Below, piece after piece: positions 1-16,398 of a stretch of DNA of 64,000 nucleotides. Numbering within the stretch: position 1 is the stretch's first letter; each line of letters begins with the position of its first letter. The position numbers were made by a program, and so were the translations under genes. The notes below the pieces were generated by a model, which saw only the letters and a program-made list of their open reading frames with translations, made no database searches and was not told the origin of the DNA. This DNA comes from the human T2T-CHM13v2.0 reference genome, Homo sapiens. The stretch lies in NCBI RefSeq assembly GCF_009914755.1, contig NC_060934.1; one strand, 5' to 3'.

Positions 1-1929
<1,929 letters not shown>

Positions 1930-2494
1930 CTTTGTGGTTTCATCTACCTTTGGTCTTTGATGATGGTGATGTACAGATGGGGTTTTGGTGTGGATGTCCT
2001 TTCTGTTTGTTAGTTTTCCTTCTAACAGTCAGGACCCTCAGCTTCAGGTCTGCTGGAGTTTGCTGGAGGTCCACTCCAGACCCTGTTTGCCTGGGTATCA
2101 CCAGCGGAGGCTGCAGAACAGCAAATATTGCAGAATGGCAAATGTTGCTGCCTGATCCTTCCTCTGGAAGCTTCGTCTCAGAGGGGATGGGTTGTCAGTC
2201 GGCCCCTACTGGGAGGTGCCCCCCCAGTTAGGCTACTTGGGGGTCAAGGACCCTCTTGAGGAGGCAGTCTGTCCGTTCTCAGATCTCAGACTCCGTGCTG
2301 GGAGAACCAGTACTCTCTTCAAAGCTGTCAGACAGGGACGTTTAAGTCTGCAGAAGTTTCTGCTGCATTTTGTTCAGCTACGCCCTGCCCCCAGAGGTGG
2401 AGTCTACAGAGGCAGGCAGGCCTCCTTGAGTTGCAGTGGGCTCCACACAGTTCAAGCTTCCTGGCGGCTTTGTTTACCTACCCAAGCCTCAGCA

Positions 2495-2677
2495 ATGGTG
2501 GACGCCCTTCCCCTAGCCTCACTGCTGCCTTGCAATTCGATTTCAGGCTGCTGTGCTAGCAGTGAGCGAGGCTCTGTGGGCATGGGACCCTCCGAGCCAG
2601 GCGCAGGATATAATCTCCTGGTGTGCCGTTTGCTAAGACCATTGGAAAAGTGCAGTATTAGGATGGGAGTGTCCTGA
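2495..2677 (+). pseudogene. L1 antisense ORF0 homologue, 60 aa, prematurely terminated
   Basis: MVDALPLASLLPCNSISGCCASSERGSVGMGPSEPGAGYNLL... aligns with L1 ORF0 (MAGAPPPASLPPCSLISDCCAS...GPSEPGAGYNL). A TGA stands where ORF0 has Arg (CGA). Confidence 0.8.
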
Positions 2678-3218
2678 TTTTCCAGGTACTGTCTGTCATG
2701 GCTTCCTTTGGCTAAGAAAGGGAATTCCCTGACCCCGTGCGCTTCCCGGGTGAGGCGATGCCCCGTCCTGCTTTGTCTCATGCTCCGTGGGCTACACCCA
2801 CTGTCTGACAAGCCCTAGTGGGATGAACCCGCTACCTCAGTTGGAAATGCAGAAATCACCTGTCTTCTGCATGGCTCACACTGGGAGCTGTAGACTGGAG
2901 CTGTTCTTGGAACCTCCTCCTCATCATCTTGCTTATTTTCTTATAATTTGCTTATCTCACCTACAAATAAATTACAGAGGGAAAAATGCAACTAATTGAG
3001 CACTCCATTTTTGGTAGCTAGTAGCTGATGGTATTTTAATAAACTGAGAAGCTAATGAGGTGAATTTTCATGCATGGCTTGTAGTAGCAGGTGCAGTTCT
3101 GTGGTGTAGAGGCAATATGACATAGTAGGCAGTTGCTTGGATTTGGTTTGACTCCTGGTCCTGCTTTATGGATGCTGCAGATTCCTTACTTTGGAAAAGA
3201 GGAATGAAGAATGCCTAG

Positions 3219-3534
3219 CCCTAATGTGAAAATTCAAAATACTCCAAACTCCAAAACTTTTTGAGTGCGGATGTGATGCAGCAAGTCAAAAATTCCACAC
3301 CTGACCTCCTGTGATGGGTTGTAGTTGAAACTTTTAAAATTATTTAAAATATCGTATAAAACTACCTTCATGCTATGTATGTAAGGTGTATATGGAACAT
3401 AAATGAATTTCATGTCTAGACTTGGGTCCCATCCCCAAGATTATATATATGAAAATATTTCAAAATCTGAAAAAATTTGAAATCCAAAAGATTTATGGTC
3501 ACGAACATTTTGGATAAGGAATACTCAACCTATA
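3219..3534. mobile_element. Tigger4b (MER46/Zombi)-like DNA transposon
   Basis: Diagnostic 'aaaattccacacctgacctc...gacttgggtcccatccccaag' and terminal 'ggataaggaatactcaacc-TA'. Confidence 0.75.
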
Positions 3535-5005
3535 CCTCACCTGACTCATGGAATTGTGATAATCAAGTGAGATAATACTTATTAAAGCACTTAGTATAAT
3601 ATGATATACAGACATGGTATTGGTATTATATGTGATAGTTCTCTGGCCCAAACATGTCCTTAATGTCTTTTTCAGATATTCACACACCCTTCCCCTCTAC
3701 CACCCCTGCCCCCCTTGGCAATTGTCCAAATAATGAAAACAAGAGCTTTGTGAGACTTATTCTTTTCAAACTTTATGGCGTCATTTATTAAACTAACTTC
3801 CTTTTCATTGCAAGATGGAAAACATTTTTACTTCTTTTGGATGATTATGCCTTGTGGCTTGAAAGGAAAATTCATTCAACAAAGCAGCTACTATGTTTAT
3901 ATGTCAGGCAGTGATGACTGAGGCAAAGTCATTGCACTGTGGCTCTTACAGTCTAGAGAAAATAAAAACATTTTATAAAAGCCATGTATAATGATATAAC
4001 TGTTTATGTAAGATTGTGAAACAATGTAAGAAGTTGAAAGAGAGAGTTTGACCCTTTAAGACAGGAAATCGTTTTGGCCACCGCCTCTTGTTCTAACTGA
4101 AGAAGGAATCAACAAACACTGCTCAGCAGTGAGCGATGATGAAGAAACTGGCAGATGGTTTCCTGGGACTGGGTATCTCTGTACTAAAAGACTGATGAGG
4201 ATTTTAAAAGATGCTTATTTTGCTGAATTAAGATTAAACCTTAAAATAGGAAAGGAGAATAAAGTACGGTTTGAGACTTCTGTCAGGTTTCTCTCCTAAA
4301 AACAGATTGACTAGTGCTGTGAGAAGCACTTCTAAAGAAAATCAATATATGCTCAGCAAGGAGCAAGTAAGTTGTTTTTTGTTTGTTTGTTTTTAACTAA
4401 TGGACTTTTAAAAGTAATTTTAGGTTCACAGCAAAATTGAGTAGAAAGTACAGAGAGTTCCTACTTACTGCTTTTCTCCACACATTGACAGTCAGGCACC
4501 AGTGTGGTAGAATAATAAGCTTTTAATAGAATGTTTATCTTTGTGTTTTTCCTGATCTCTTCTATCAAAACATTAGCCTTTTTTTTTTTTGTACATGACT
4601 TAAAATCCTTTTTTTAAATTTGGAATTAGAGTTTATAAGTGAGTATTTTGACATCCATATTTTCTGACAAAATGACTTTCACTTTCCCAAGTTCCCAGGC
4701 TATTTTTGCTTTCTCCATCCCACCCCTACCCCTTGTTAGAATGTTAGTATGTATACAGATTGGTTTTTTTTAATATTAACATTAAATCAGGGACATTCTT
4801 CAGTGCCACTGAATTTTTTTTTCAACATAATTTTGATAGCATGGTTTTACTTCATGGAAAAAATGGAAGATTGCAAATTGTTAAATTTTCAGTTAAATAT
4901 AACCGGCCCTTGAAATTCAGCTCCTTGCATTTTATTAGGAACTTGATTTTTATTTTCCTTTTTGCACCATCACTATAGTAATGGGATTAAAGTTAAAACC
5001 AGCAA

Positions 5006-5051
5006 ATTTAAGCAGATATTTCTATTTAAGCAGATATTTCTATTTAAGCAG
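5006..5051. repeat. 18-bp tandem repeat (atttaagcagatatttct) x2.5
   Basis: Perfect copies at 5006-5023 and 5024-5041, partial copy at 5042-5051. Confidence 0.9.
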
Positions 5052-5621
5052 CTGTGATTAGAAAAGCAGATTGAATTCACTGAAGAAATGAAGTATCTCC
5101 AGATTTTATTTTACTGTCTCCTTCCCCATATATCTGTTAATATAATCTTTTTAGATTCGAGGATTTCAACAAGTTACTTCATGTTTTCTCAAAGATTTAT
5201 TTTGGGTCTATAATTACTTGCCTCGAGATCTTCCATTTTAAGTTAATTACTATAAAATATTTTTTACTGTTACTAAATACCTCAACTCTCAGTGTTAACC
5301 TTTTTTTTCTACCTTTTTGTTGGGTTTCAAATCATTGATATTTTCAGATTTCATAGTCTATAAGGTATGGCTTTTTAAAGCTGTGTAGTCCCATATTTTA
5401 ACGTAAGATGGCAGCATTGAGATAAATGTGTAGTGACACCAAGTGATTTTAGTTATTTGGTCAATTAGCCCATTGTAACAGGGGAAACTTGCTGCTTTAA
5501 AGTTCTTAGAAATGTACGCCAATTCTAGGTGTTTTTGCCAACTTTTTGAAGTCACAGTTCCATGGAGTTTAGCCAGGGGTATCAGGAATCTTTTCAGTGC
5601 TAGGAATCTCTGTAGTGTTGA

Positions 5622-5957
<336 letters not shown>

Positions 5958-7206
5958 ACATACTGGCTAAATATTAATAAGTAAAAGTTTATATAACTAG
6001 CCTGGCTGTACTCTGAATTCATATTCAAATGTCCAGCTGCCTTTTGAATAGACACTTTTTGACTATCACTAGATTGTAGGTCTACTAAGTAGTTATTCAT
6101 TATTTCTGCACAATTATTTTACCTTTGTACATTTTTTTTTAAAACTATTCTTGTTGAATTGTATCCAGTTTTGTAAGAATCACTCTTAAATCTGTTGTCA
6201 TATCTATTCTTGTCATAGTTGGAGAGTATACCTACTCTGTGCTGACCCCAACAGTAGAACCGGAAGGCAAATCTTGTTTCAGTTACTATTTTAAAAAAAG
6301 AAACCTCACACACACAAAACCCCACAACTTTTTAATAACTGTTAAATAAGTAGAATAGGCTGTTTTGTGAAGTAGTAAGTGTCCTATTTTAGAAATATGC
6401 TAGTTGAATCTGGATAACTGTGTCAGAGATTCTATGGAAGAAATGCTTCTACCACCTAAGAGGTTAGGAAATTATTTCATGGCTCCATAACTAAAGGCTC
6501 AGTTCATTTCAATTCAGCAAGCAGTTTTTGAGCACATACAATGTGTGGTCACAATGCTAGGCATTGGGAATACATAAACATGGATAAGAAGTTATACCCG
6601 CTACATCCAAGGGGCTCTCAGTCTAGTAAGGAAGATGTCTTAAGAAAGTAATTTAGTCAAAAGCGAAAGGATGCTTGGGAAAGTAAGTCATCTCTGCAGT
6701 TCATGGTAGTTGGAAATGGCTTCTGTGTGGATGTAAGATGTAAGGTGAGCCTTAATCATTGACACTGTAGTGTAATGGAATTTGCATTGGCATAGGATTA
6801 TTAAAACTCAAATCCTTGTTCAGCGTTTCCTAACCAAAATTTTGTCATCTTTAAAATTCAGGTAATACTCATGTTTCAAGGTGTTGAGAAGGTTGAGTGG
6901 AGTTCTGTGTTCATGTATGTCTGTGTACCACACAAATACATGTAAAGACACATTTATCTTTTACTACTATGCTTTACACAATTAAGTATTTTATTAATTG
7001 TTATTAATACCATCATGACAATCATTCCAGGCAAAATTTGGCTAGAGAAGAATAAGGAAGACATCAAGGAAGAAGAGTATTGAGCAAAGGCCTATGTGGG
7101 AATGAAAATGTAAAATGCCCAAGTTAATTTGATGGTTTGAGTTAGACAGTGTTGGGAAATAAGCTGTTAGGGTGTTATCTATGCCAGAGAAAAACAGTAT
7201 ACTTTA

Positions 7207-7545
<339 letters not shown>

Positions 7546-8513
7546 AAGATTGTTCCTATTTCTGCTTTAGTTATTTGTGTTAATTTTAAATAAGTTCCAT
7601 GTATTCTGAGGTTTACACTTAAACATCTCTCTCCTTAATTAGAACATAGACAAGTAAAGTCTATTGTTATTTTTCAAGAATATTTGGACAAATCTATTGA
7701 AATAAATATACAGCGTTTTCCAGGTTATCTTTGATAACCCACTATGTTCAGGTTATTTGGCTGGCAACAGAGGGTATATACAAAGATGAATGCATTGAAA
7801 TTGTCTCCAAACTCAAAGTTTAGAGAACACTTACAATAGCACTAAAACAGATAAAAACAAAATTACTGAGAGAGAATTAATTTGAACTCTTTGGGGTTTG
7901 GTAAAGGCTTTATGAGGAGTCTTTGAAGTAGGCTACCAAAGACTTTTCTTTCACTAATCTCAGCATATCAGCTCTTAGTAATTGTTTTGATGTGTTTTTT
8001 AATAACTCGATTGAGGTATAATTCATGTAAACTGTACATATTTAAAGTGTACAATTTGGTCAGTTTTTACATATATATATACGCCCATGAAACCATCACC
8101 ATAATCAAGATAAAATATCCATCACATCCAAGTTTCTTTGTGACCCTTTCTAATTCACTTTCTACCCCCATTTTCAGGTAACACTGATACACTTTCTGTC
8201 ACTATACATTAAGTTGTATTTTCTAGGATTTTATATAATGGAATCATAGTGAATTTTTTTTTGTTGGGCTTCTTTCACTCAACATAGTGATTGTAAGATT
8301 CATCTGTGTTGCTGATGAATCTAATAGTTCATTCCTTTTTAAGACCAAGTAGTATTCTGTTACATAGATCCACCACCATTTGTTCACCTTTTGATGAACA
8401 TTTGGTTATTCACAGTTTTAAGGCTATTGCAAATAATGCTTCTGAATATTTGTGATCTTTGTATGTTATGATTTGATTTCTTGGGAACCTACCTAATTAG
8501 ATGGAATGGTTGA

Positions 8514-8832
<319 letters not shown>

Positions 8833-9100
8833 TCTTTTTCACTTTTTAAGAAACTGCCAAACTTTTCCCACCAATGTATGAGAGTTTCAGTTGTTCCACA
8901 TCCTGCCAACGCTTCATATGGCAGGTCTTTTTAATTTTAACCATTCTAATGGGTGTGTAGTAGTACTTTGTTGTGGTTTTAGTTTGCATTTTCATAATGA
9001 TTAGTGATACTGAGCATCTTTTCATGTGCTTATTTACATCTATATATCTAGTTTGGTGAAGTCTTTATTTTGTGTGCTTTTTAATTGGGTTATCTTTATT

Positions 9101-9106
<6 letters not shown>

Positions 9107-9145
<39 letters not shown>
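9107..9145. repeat. (TG)n microsatellite
   Basis: Direct read. Confidence 0.95.
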
Positions 9146-9146
<1 letters not shown>

Positions 9147-9367
9147 GTCTAGGTACAAGTCCTTTGTCAGATTTATGCTCTATAGGAATATATTCTCTTA
9201 GTCTATGGTTTGCCTTTCTTAAAAAATATATATATATTAATGGACTGATTTTGCCCCATTATTGAGGCATTTCACCCTGAGTATTTATATGTACCCTGTG
9301 TATTTTGAGGTTTTCCCACTCTGGCTTATGTGAAAACTATTCTGTTTTTTTGTGTTAGCTTTGGGAA

Positions 9368-9678
<311 letters not shown>

Positions 9679-11469
9679 AGTAATCTGTAATTAGCTCTGC
9701 TAATTTTTTTTTTTTTTTTACCTATTCCTTTTCAATGTTTTTTCTCCGGGATTTGGATAGTTTTCTCATACGCATGTGCTGTTCAGTGCCAGCTGAAAAT
9801 TTGAGGGAGCCCCTGCTGGTCTGCAGCACTCTCTTCTCAGGTACTCCTGCTGTGAATTCAGCCAGTGTGGCCTCCCTAAATTCTCACTCCCATCTCAGCT
9901 GCTCAGGGCGACTTCCCGAGCTGTTTGGGCATCCCCTCCCTGTGCCATAGTCTGGAAACTCGGCAGTAAGCTGGGGCAGTTGTTGGAGTCACCTCCTTTG
10001 CCTTCCTTTTCTTATAACTATTGTTGAGTGTCTGAAACTTTGTATGTTTTGTTCAGCTTTCTGGTACTTTAAGGTAGGACAGTAAATCTGGTCCCTATTA
10101 CTCCGTCTTGACTGGAAGTGGAAACTGTTTCAGTGTATTTTTGCTTGAGGAAGAAAAATGTCATACTTGAGTCATTTTAGTTCTTGATTTATGTTAAGCT
10201 GTTGGATTGGTGCTTCTCCAAATACTCACTGGAACTGATGTTTCAATTAGATGTGGAAGACTTAACAACAAATTTTTTTCTGGTAATTTTCTTCCCAAAG
10301 CATCTGGCAGTTCATGTTGCTTATTTGTATACTTACATAAATATGGGAATTATATGAGTTGTGTAAAGCTGTATTTGATATTCCTGGATCATGTTTAAAA
10401 ACATACTTTGCATAACATCAATTGAGTGTGAAACGTGAATTAAGAGCTTAGAAAGATCTAGCTGAGTACATTTGGGGGGAAAACATGCAATTATTAGTTG
10501 TTTTTTCTGGTTGAGCTTTTTGAATAACTTGAAGTAGTTGCTTTGTATCCTTTATCTACTTTGAACACACACATAGTTATCAACCCTCATTAAAAGACAG
10601 GATTTTAGACTTAAACTTTGTTTTTGGTTGAAGACATAATAAAATCTCCTCACCAATTTCTGTAAGTAAAAGGAGGGGTGTAATTTGGAGAACTGCAGTA
10701 ATCCTCTTAACCATTTTCACGCTGTTATTCCTAAAATAAGAAGGGTTGACCAGATCTCAAACCTAAAACATTATGATTCTGTATATTTCTATCCAGACAT
10801 TTATATAGATTACTCATTTGCTTTCATATATTTGTATTAATAGTTTACATTTTCAAGCAAAATATGTATCTTTTCAAGTGGTTTTGTCACTTTTTGGAAA
10901 ATGCAACATTCCAAGTTTAATGCATTTTTATCAAGGAGAGAGCAGAGTTAAAGGTGTAATTCCTTTTCTTTGGGATACTTCTGCCAAGAGTCTCAAAGAA
11001 AGAATAGTCATTACAATGTAATGGGGGATGTAAGTTAATTTGAGAACTATGACTAGTTGGATCAGAATGCAGAGCATCTGAATTTTTCTTAATTTGGTGT
11101 TAAATATTCATTCTACTTAGACATTTTAAATATAGTATTAGGACAAAATTATCAGACATTTGTGGAATATATATGACTTTGGGGATATAAACCAATATGG
11201 GACAGAATTATAGACACATTATTCCTCAGGATGTCACATTGTAATATATAGCACGGGGATTCTTGGGGTATAGAGTCTGAAATCCCAAAACTATATTTAA
11301 GTTTTTATGGACCACATGCCTTTCTTTAGTACGAAGTTCCATTTTCTTAGATTCTCAGATGGTTTCATGTCCTTTGTGAAAGTTAAGAACCACAGATGCA
11401 GTGAGGATTGAGTGATTGCTTTGGCAGCCCTCCTTTAAAAAACATTTACCTCTTCCTGTATTTTTTGCT

Positions 11470-11833
<364 letters not shown>

Positions 11834-12022
11834 TGAATGGTAGTGACAAAGCCACATGAGACCATAGATAAAATATAGCAATCTTTATGCTCTTAGCAAT
11901 CTTATGACAAAATACATGCAAGAGGTTTTATATAAGAAGAGCATAATTATGAGTATAAACTGAGAAGGAATTCGTTTCACATTTGTTGTGTTTTTTGCCC
12001 TCCTATACCTACATGCCTATGT

Positions 12023-12056
12023 TTCTCTCTCTTTCTCCTCTCTGTCAGTCTCTCTC

Positions 12057-12088
<32 letters not shown>

Positions 12089-12089
12089 G

Positions 12090-12121
<32 letters not shown>
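12023..12121. repeat. Compound (TC)-rich/(CA)n microsatellite
   Basis: Direct read. Confidence 0.95.
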
Positions 12122-12123
<2 letters not shown>

Positions 12124-13880
12124 TCTTACTCCCTCATTCAGACATATACACATGCTCATACCCATTTATTGTTGCCAGTATTTTGGGCTTGTTCATAGAC
12201 CAGCTTTGGTTTGTTGGAGAAGGTTGGAAGTGAAACCAGAAAAGTTGTCATACCATCTTTGTGATTTTGGTGTATTCAAAGAGAAACTGGAGATTTGGTT
12301 CCTTCAAATAGTGATTGGGCATATACTAACTGGAGTTCCTAGGAGATGGTTTAAGAACCAGATTGGACTCTTTTAAGATTAACTCTAAATTGTGACACAG
12401 GGCAAAGAGCAGCATGTTCATAGACTTGGAACCAAATCACTTCTTCATAGAAATTAGTGATTTACTTTATACAGTCCTGGCATATACCTTTAATGGCTTC
12501 TGGTAAAAATTGGATCATAAATAAATACTTTTGTGAATTTGTTTTTCGGTGTTTAAAAGTTATAAAAACAAACAAACCCTACTGTATGTGCACACACACA
12601 AACTCCACAGCTGTCTCAGCTTCCACCAGTTGAAGGTATCCAAGTCTCCATTTTTGGTGTCTGTATACTTGCAATAGAAACATAATTTGTTTTTCCATTT
12701 GACACTATGCTACTTAACTTTGTCAAAGAAAATAGAAATGTGAGTAATCCTTATAAATGGGCAAACACAGCTATTTAAGAAGGATTATATATTAGCTCTT
12801 TGGAAGCTCTTTTGGTCATAGATAATTACCTGGAGGCAGTTGTTTTTTTATATACCCGAGTTTGATATTTTGCCAGTTGAGTTTCAAACAATGAAGTAGA
12901 AATTTGTTTATATATTGCTTAGTCATTCTTGTTCATAAGAAGAGCATTCTGAAATTCTTAACTATGAATGGGACCTTGATTTGAACCATATAGTTTAAAA
13001 TGCCTGAAAAATTATTGGCTAAGTCCTCTTGAATTTTATACCTCATGATTATGAGTTAGATGTTTTACTTATTCCTTCTTTGGGAGTTGTTTGGAAAAAA
13101 CTCAAACCCTGTTTTTCCTCTGCCTTCACACCAACACAACAATAGTCAACACAACTTCTGCGTTAGTCCATTCTTGCATTGCTATAAAGAAATACCTGAG
13201 GCTGGGGAAGAGACACTTAATTGGCTCACAGTTCTGCAGGTTGTAAAAGCATGGCTCCAGCATCTGCTTCTGATGAGGGCCTCAGGAAGCTTACAGTCAT
13301 GGTGGAAGAGAAAGGGAGCCAGTGTACCACATGGTGAGAGCAGGAGCGAAAGCGAGAGAAGGAAGAGGTCCCAGGCTTCTTTACACAACCAAATCTCATA
13401 TGAACTAACTGAGCAAGAACTGACTTGTCACCAAGGGGATGATGCTAAACCATTTGAGAGGGATCCTCCCCCATGTCCCAGTCTCTTCCCACCAGGCCCT
13501 ACCTCCAATGTTGGGAATCACGTTTCAACATGAGATTGGGAGGGGACAAACATCCAAACCATATCATTCCAACCCTGGCCCCCTAAATCTCATATCCCCA
13601 CATTTCAAAATACAGTCATGCCTTCACAATAGTTCCCCAAGTCTTAACTCATTCCAGCATTAACTCAAAAGTCCCAAGTCTGAAGTCTACAAAGTCTCAT
13701 CTGGAGATGAGTTTCTTCCACCTGTGATCCTGTGAGATCAGAAATGAGTTATTTACTCCCAAGATACAGTGGTAGTACAGACATTTGGTATACCTCCTAT
13801 TCCAAAAGGGAGAAATCAGCCAAAAGAAAGGGGCAGTAGGCTCTGTGCAAATCTGAAACCAGCAGGGCAGTTGTTAAATC

Positions 13881-14194
13881 TTTTTTTCTTTTTCTTTTTC
13901 TCTCTCTCTCTCTTTTTTTTTTTAAACAGAGTCTCACTCTCTTGGCCCAGGCTGCATGATCACAGCTCACTGCAGCCTTGACCTCTCTGGCACAAGCCAT
14001 CCTCCCACCTCACCCTCCCAGGTAGCTAGGACCTCAGGAGTGCACCACCATGCCTGGCTAATTTTTGTATTTTTAGTAGAGACCGGATTCCGCCATGTTG
14101 GCCAGGTTGGTCTTAACCTCCTGAGCTCAAGTGATCTGCCCACCTCAGCCTCCCAAAGTGCTAGGATTACAGGTGTGACCCACTCTGCCAAGCC
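13881..14194 (-). mobile_element. AluJ inserted in the MST internal region
   Basis: Alu dimer; TSD-like ttaaatctt. Confidence 0.88.
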
Positions 14195-14965
14195 AGTCTT
14201 TAAATCTTAAAGCTTCAAAACAGTTTCCTTCTTGCCATGTGAAACCTGCTTCCCCCTTGCCTTCCGTCATGATTGTAAGCCTCCTGAGGCCCTCCCCAGA
14301 AGCAGATGCTAGAGCCACGCTTCCTGTACAGCCTGCAGAACCGTAAGCCAAAATACACTTGTTTTCTTTATAAATTACCCAGTCTCAGGTATTTCTTTAT
14401 AGCATTGCAGAAACGGACTAACACAAAATTGGTACCAAGGCATGGGGCACTGCTATAAAGATACCTGAAGATGTGGAAGTAGCTTTGGAACTGGGTAAAA
14501 GGCAAAGGCTGGAAGAGTTTGGAGGGCAAAGAAGACAGGAAGATGAAGAAAAATTTGGAACTTCTGAGAGACTGGTTAAATGGTTGTGAACAAAATGCTG
14601 ATAGCGATATGAACAGTGAAGTCTAGGCTGATGAGGTTCCAGATGGAAGTGAGGATGTTATTGGGAACTAGAGCAAATGTTACCCCTGTCACATCCTAGC
14701 AAAGAACCTGGCTGTACTGTGTGCCCTAGGGATACCCTCATCAGTTTTTCCTCATTCAAGATGTGGCCTGGCTGCTTCTAACAGCCTATGATCTAATATG
14801 GGAGCAAAGAAATGACTTAAAGTTAGAACTTATATACAAAAGGGAAGCAGAGTGTAAAAGTTTGGAAAATTTTCAGTCAAGCCATGTGGTAGAGAAAGAA
14901 AAAGTATTTTCAGGAGAAGAATCCTAGCAGGCTGTGGAGCAACCACCTGAAAAAGAGGTTATCAT

Positions 14966-15205
14966 GGCCAGGGCACAGTAGCTCATGCCTGTTAATTCCA
15001 GAACTTTGGGAGGTCAAGGAAGGAGGATCACTTGGGCCCAGGAGTTCAAGACCACTCTGGGCAAGAAAGTGAGACCTCATCTCTACAAAAAATAAAATAA
15101 TTAGCTGGGTGTGGTGGTGCATGCCTGTAGTCCCAGCTACTCAGGGGCAGAGGCGGGAGGACTGTTTGAGTCTGAGGGGTCAAGGTTGCAGTGAGCTATG
15201 ATCAC
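14966..15205 (+). mobile_element. AluJ, 3'-truncated
   Basis: Ends abruptly at 'gagctatgatcac' with no tail. Confidence 0.88.
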
Positions 15206-16313
15206 TAAAATGAGTTTGGTCATTTCTAAGACACTGGATTATAAGACATATTAAAAGAAGATGTTTTAAGTTAGTATTATGTCCAGGTAAGGTTTCTTAA
15301 AAATAAATTTTTTAAAAAGAAAACAAAGTTAGTTTTATGAGAGAAGGGGGAGGCCCCAGACTCTTAAACAACCAGATTTCATGTGAACTGAGAAGTCACT
15401 CATCACCAAGGGGATGGCACTAAGCCATTCAAGAGGGATCCATCCCCATGATTCAGTACCTCCCACTAGGTCCCGCCTTCAACATTGGGGATCACTTTTC
15501 AGCATGAGATTTGGAGGAGACAAACATCCAAACTATATCAACTTCTGTGACCCAGTGTTGGGGGATGGGGGTTCCCCACCAATAAGCAGCAGACACCAGC
15601 TAGGTATCCTCTAATTTTGACACTATCTGCCTGGATGTAGCATCAGATCTTACAAGTTGAGGACTCAATCCCCAAGATTGCCCCCTGCCCTTTTCAGACA
15701 CCAGTCATAAGTCTGGGCCTCTGGAACACCTGACTGACTGGCTTCAAGTTGGGGTTTTCACAGCCCCCTCTTTGGGTTCACTTAATTTCCAGGAGTGGCT
15801 CACAGAGCTCAGGAAAACATGTTTACCAGTTTAGTATAAAATATTACAGAGGATACAAATGACACATAAAATGAGGTATGGGGGAAAGGATGTGGAGCTT
15901 CCATGCCCTCCCAGGGCCACACCGCCCTCCAGGAACCTCCACATTTTCAGCTGTCCATAAGCTCTCCAAACCCTGTCCTCTTGGGTTCTTATGGAGGCCT
16001 CATTACTTAGACATGATTAATTAAACTATTGGCCATTGGTGATCAACTTGACCTTCAGCCCCTCTTGCTCTTCCCTGAGGTTGAGGGATGGGCTTGAAAA
16101 TGCTAACCCTGTAATCATGCCTTTGCCTTTTTGCTGACCAGCTCCATCCTGAAGCTATCAATCAACATGAGCATGCAAAAAGACAGCACTTTGGAGATTT
16201 CAAGGATTTTAGGAGTTTTGTACCAGGAAACAGGAACAAAGACCAAATATATATTATATTTCACAATATCATTGGAACCTTAAGAAAGAAGCCTCTCTCC
16301 TTTCTTACGGAGC

Positions 16314-16398
16314 CTAGAGGAATAAAGATAATAATAAAGATTACTTTATTTATGAATAGTAATACTTTACAAAGTAATCTTTATTATCTTTATTCTAG
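16314..16398. repeat. AT-rich inverted repeat
   Basis: aataaagataataataaagattacttt ... aaagtaatctttattatctttatt, bounded by ctag on both sides. Confidence 0.85.

Larger units (their letters stand above)
13159..15540 (-). mobile_element. MSTA-type MaLR provirus, internally rearranged (inversion plus deletion), carrying two Alus
   Basis: Reverse LTR 13159-13566; reverse internal sequence; forward LTR half 14231-14425 plus forward internal sequence to ~14965; reverse LTR half 15339-15540. 5-bp TSD ACTTC at 13154-13158 and 15541-15545. Confidence 0.85.
13087..16270. mobile_element. MER21-like LTR split by the MST provirus (pieces ~13087-13158 and ~15546-16270)
   Basis: Sequence reads through across the ACTTC TSD. 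MER21-type motifs: gcagcagacaccagct, gacactatctgcctgga, tggcttcaagttggggtt. Confidence 0.65.
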
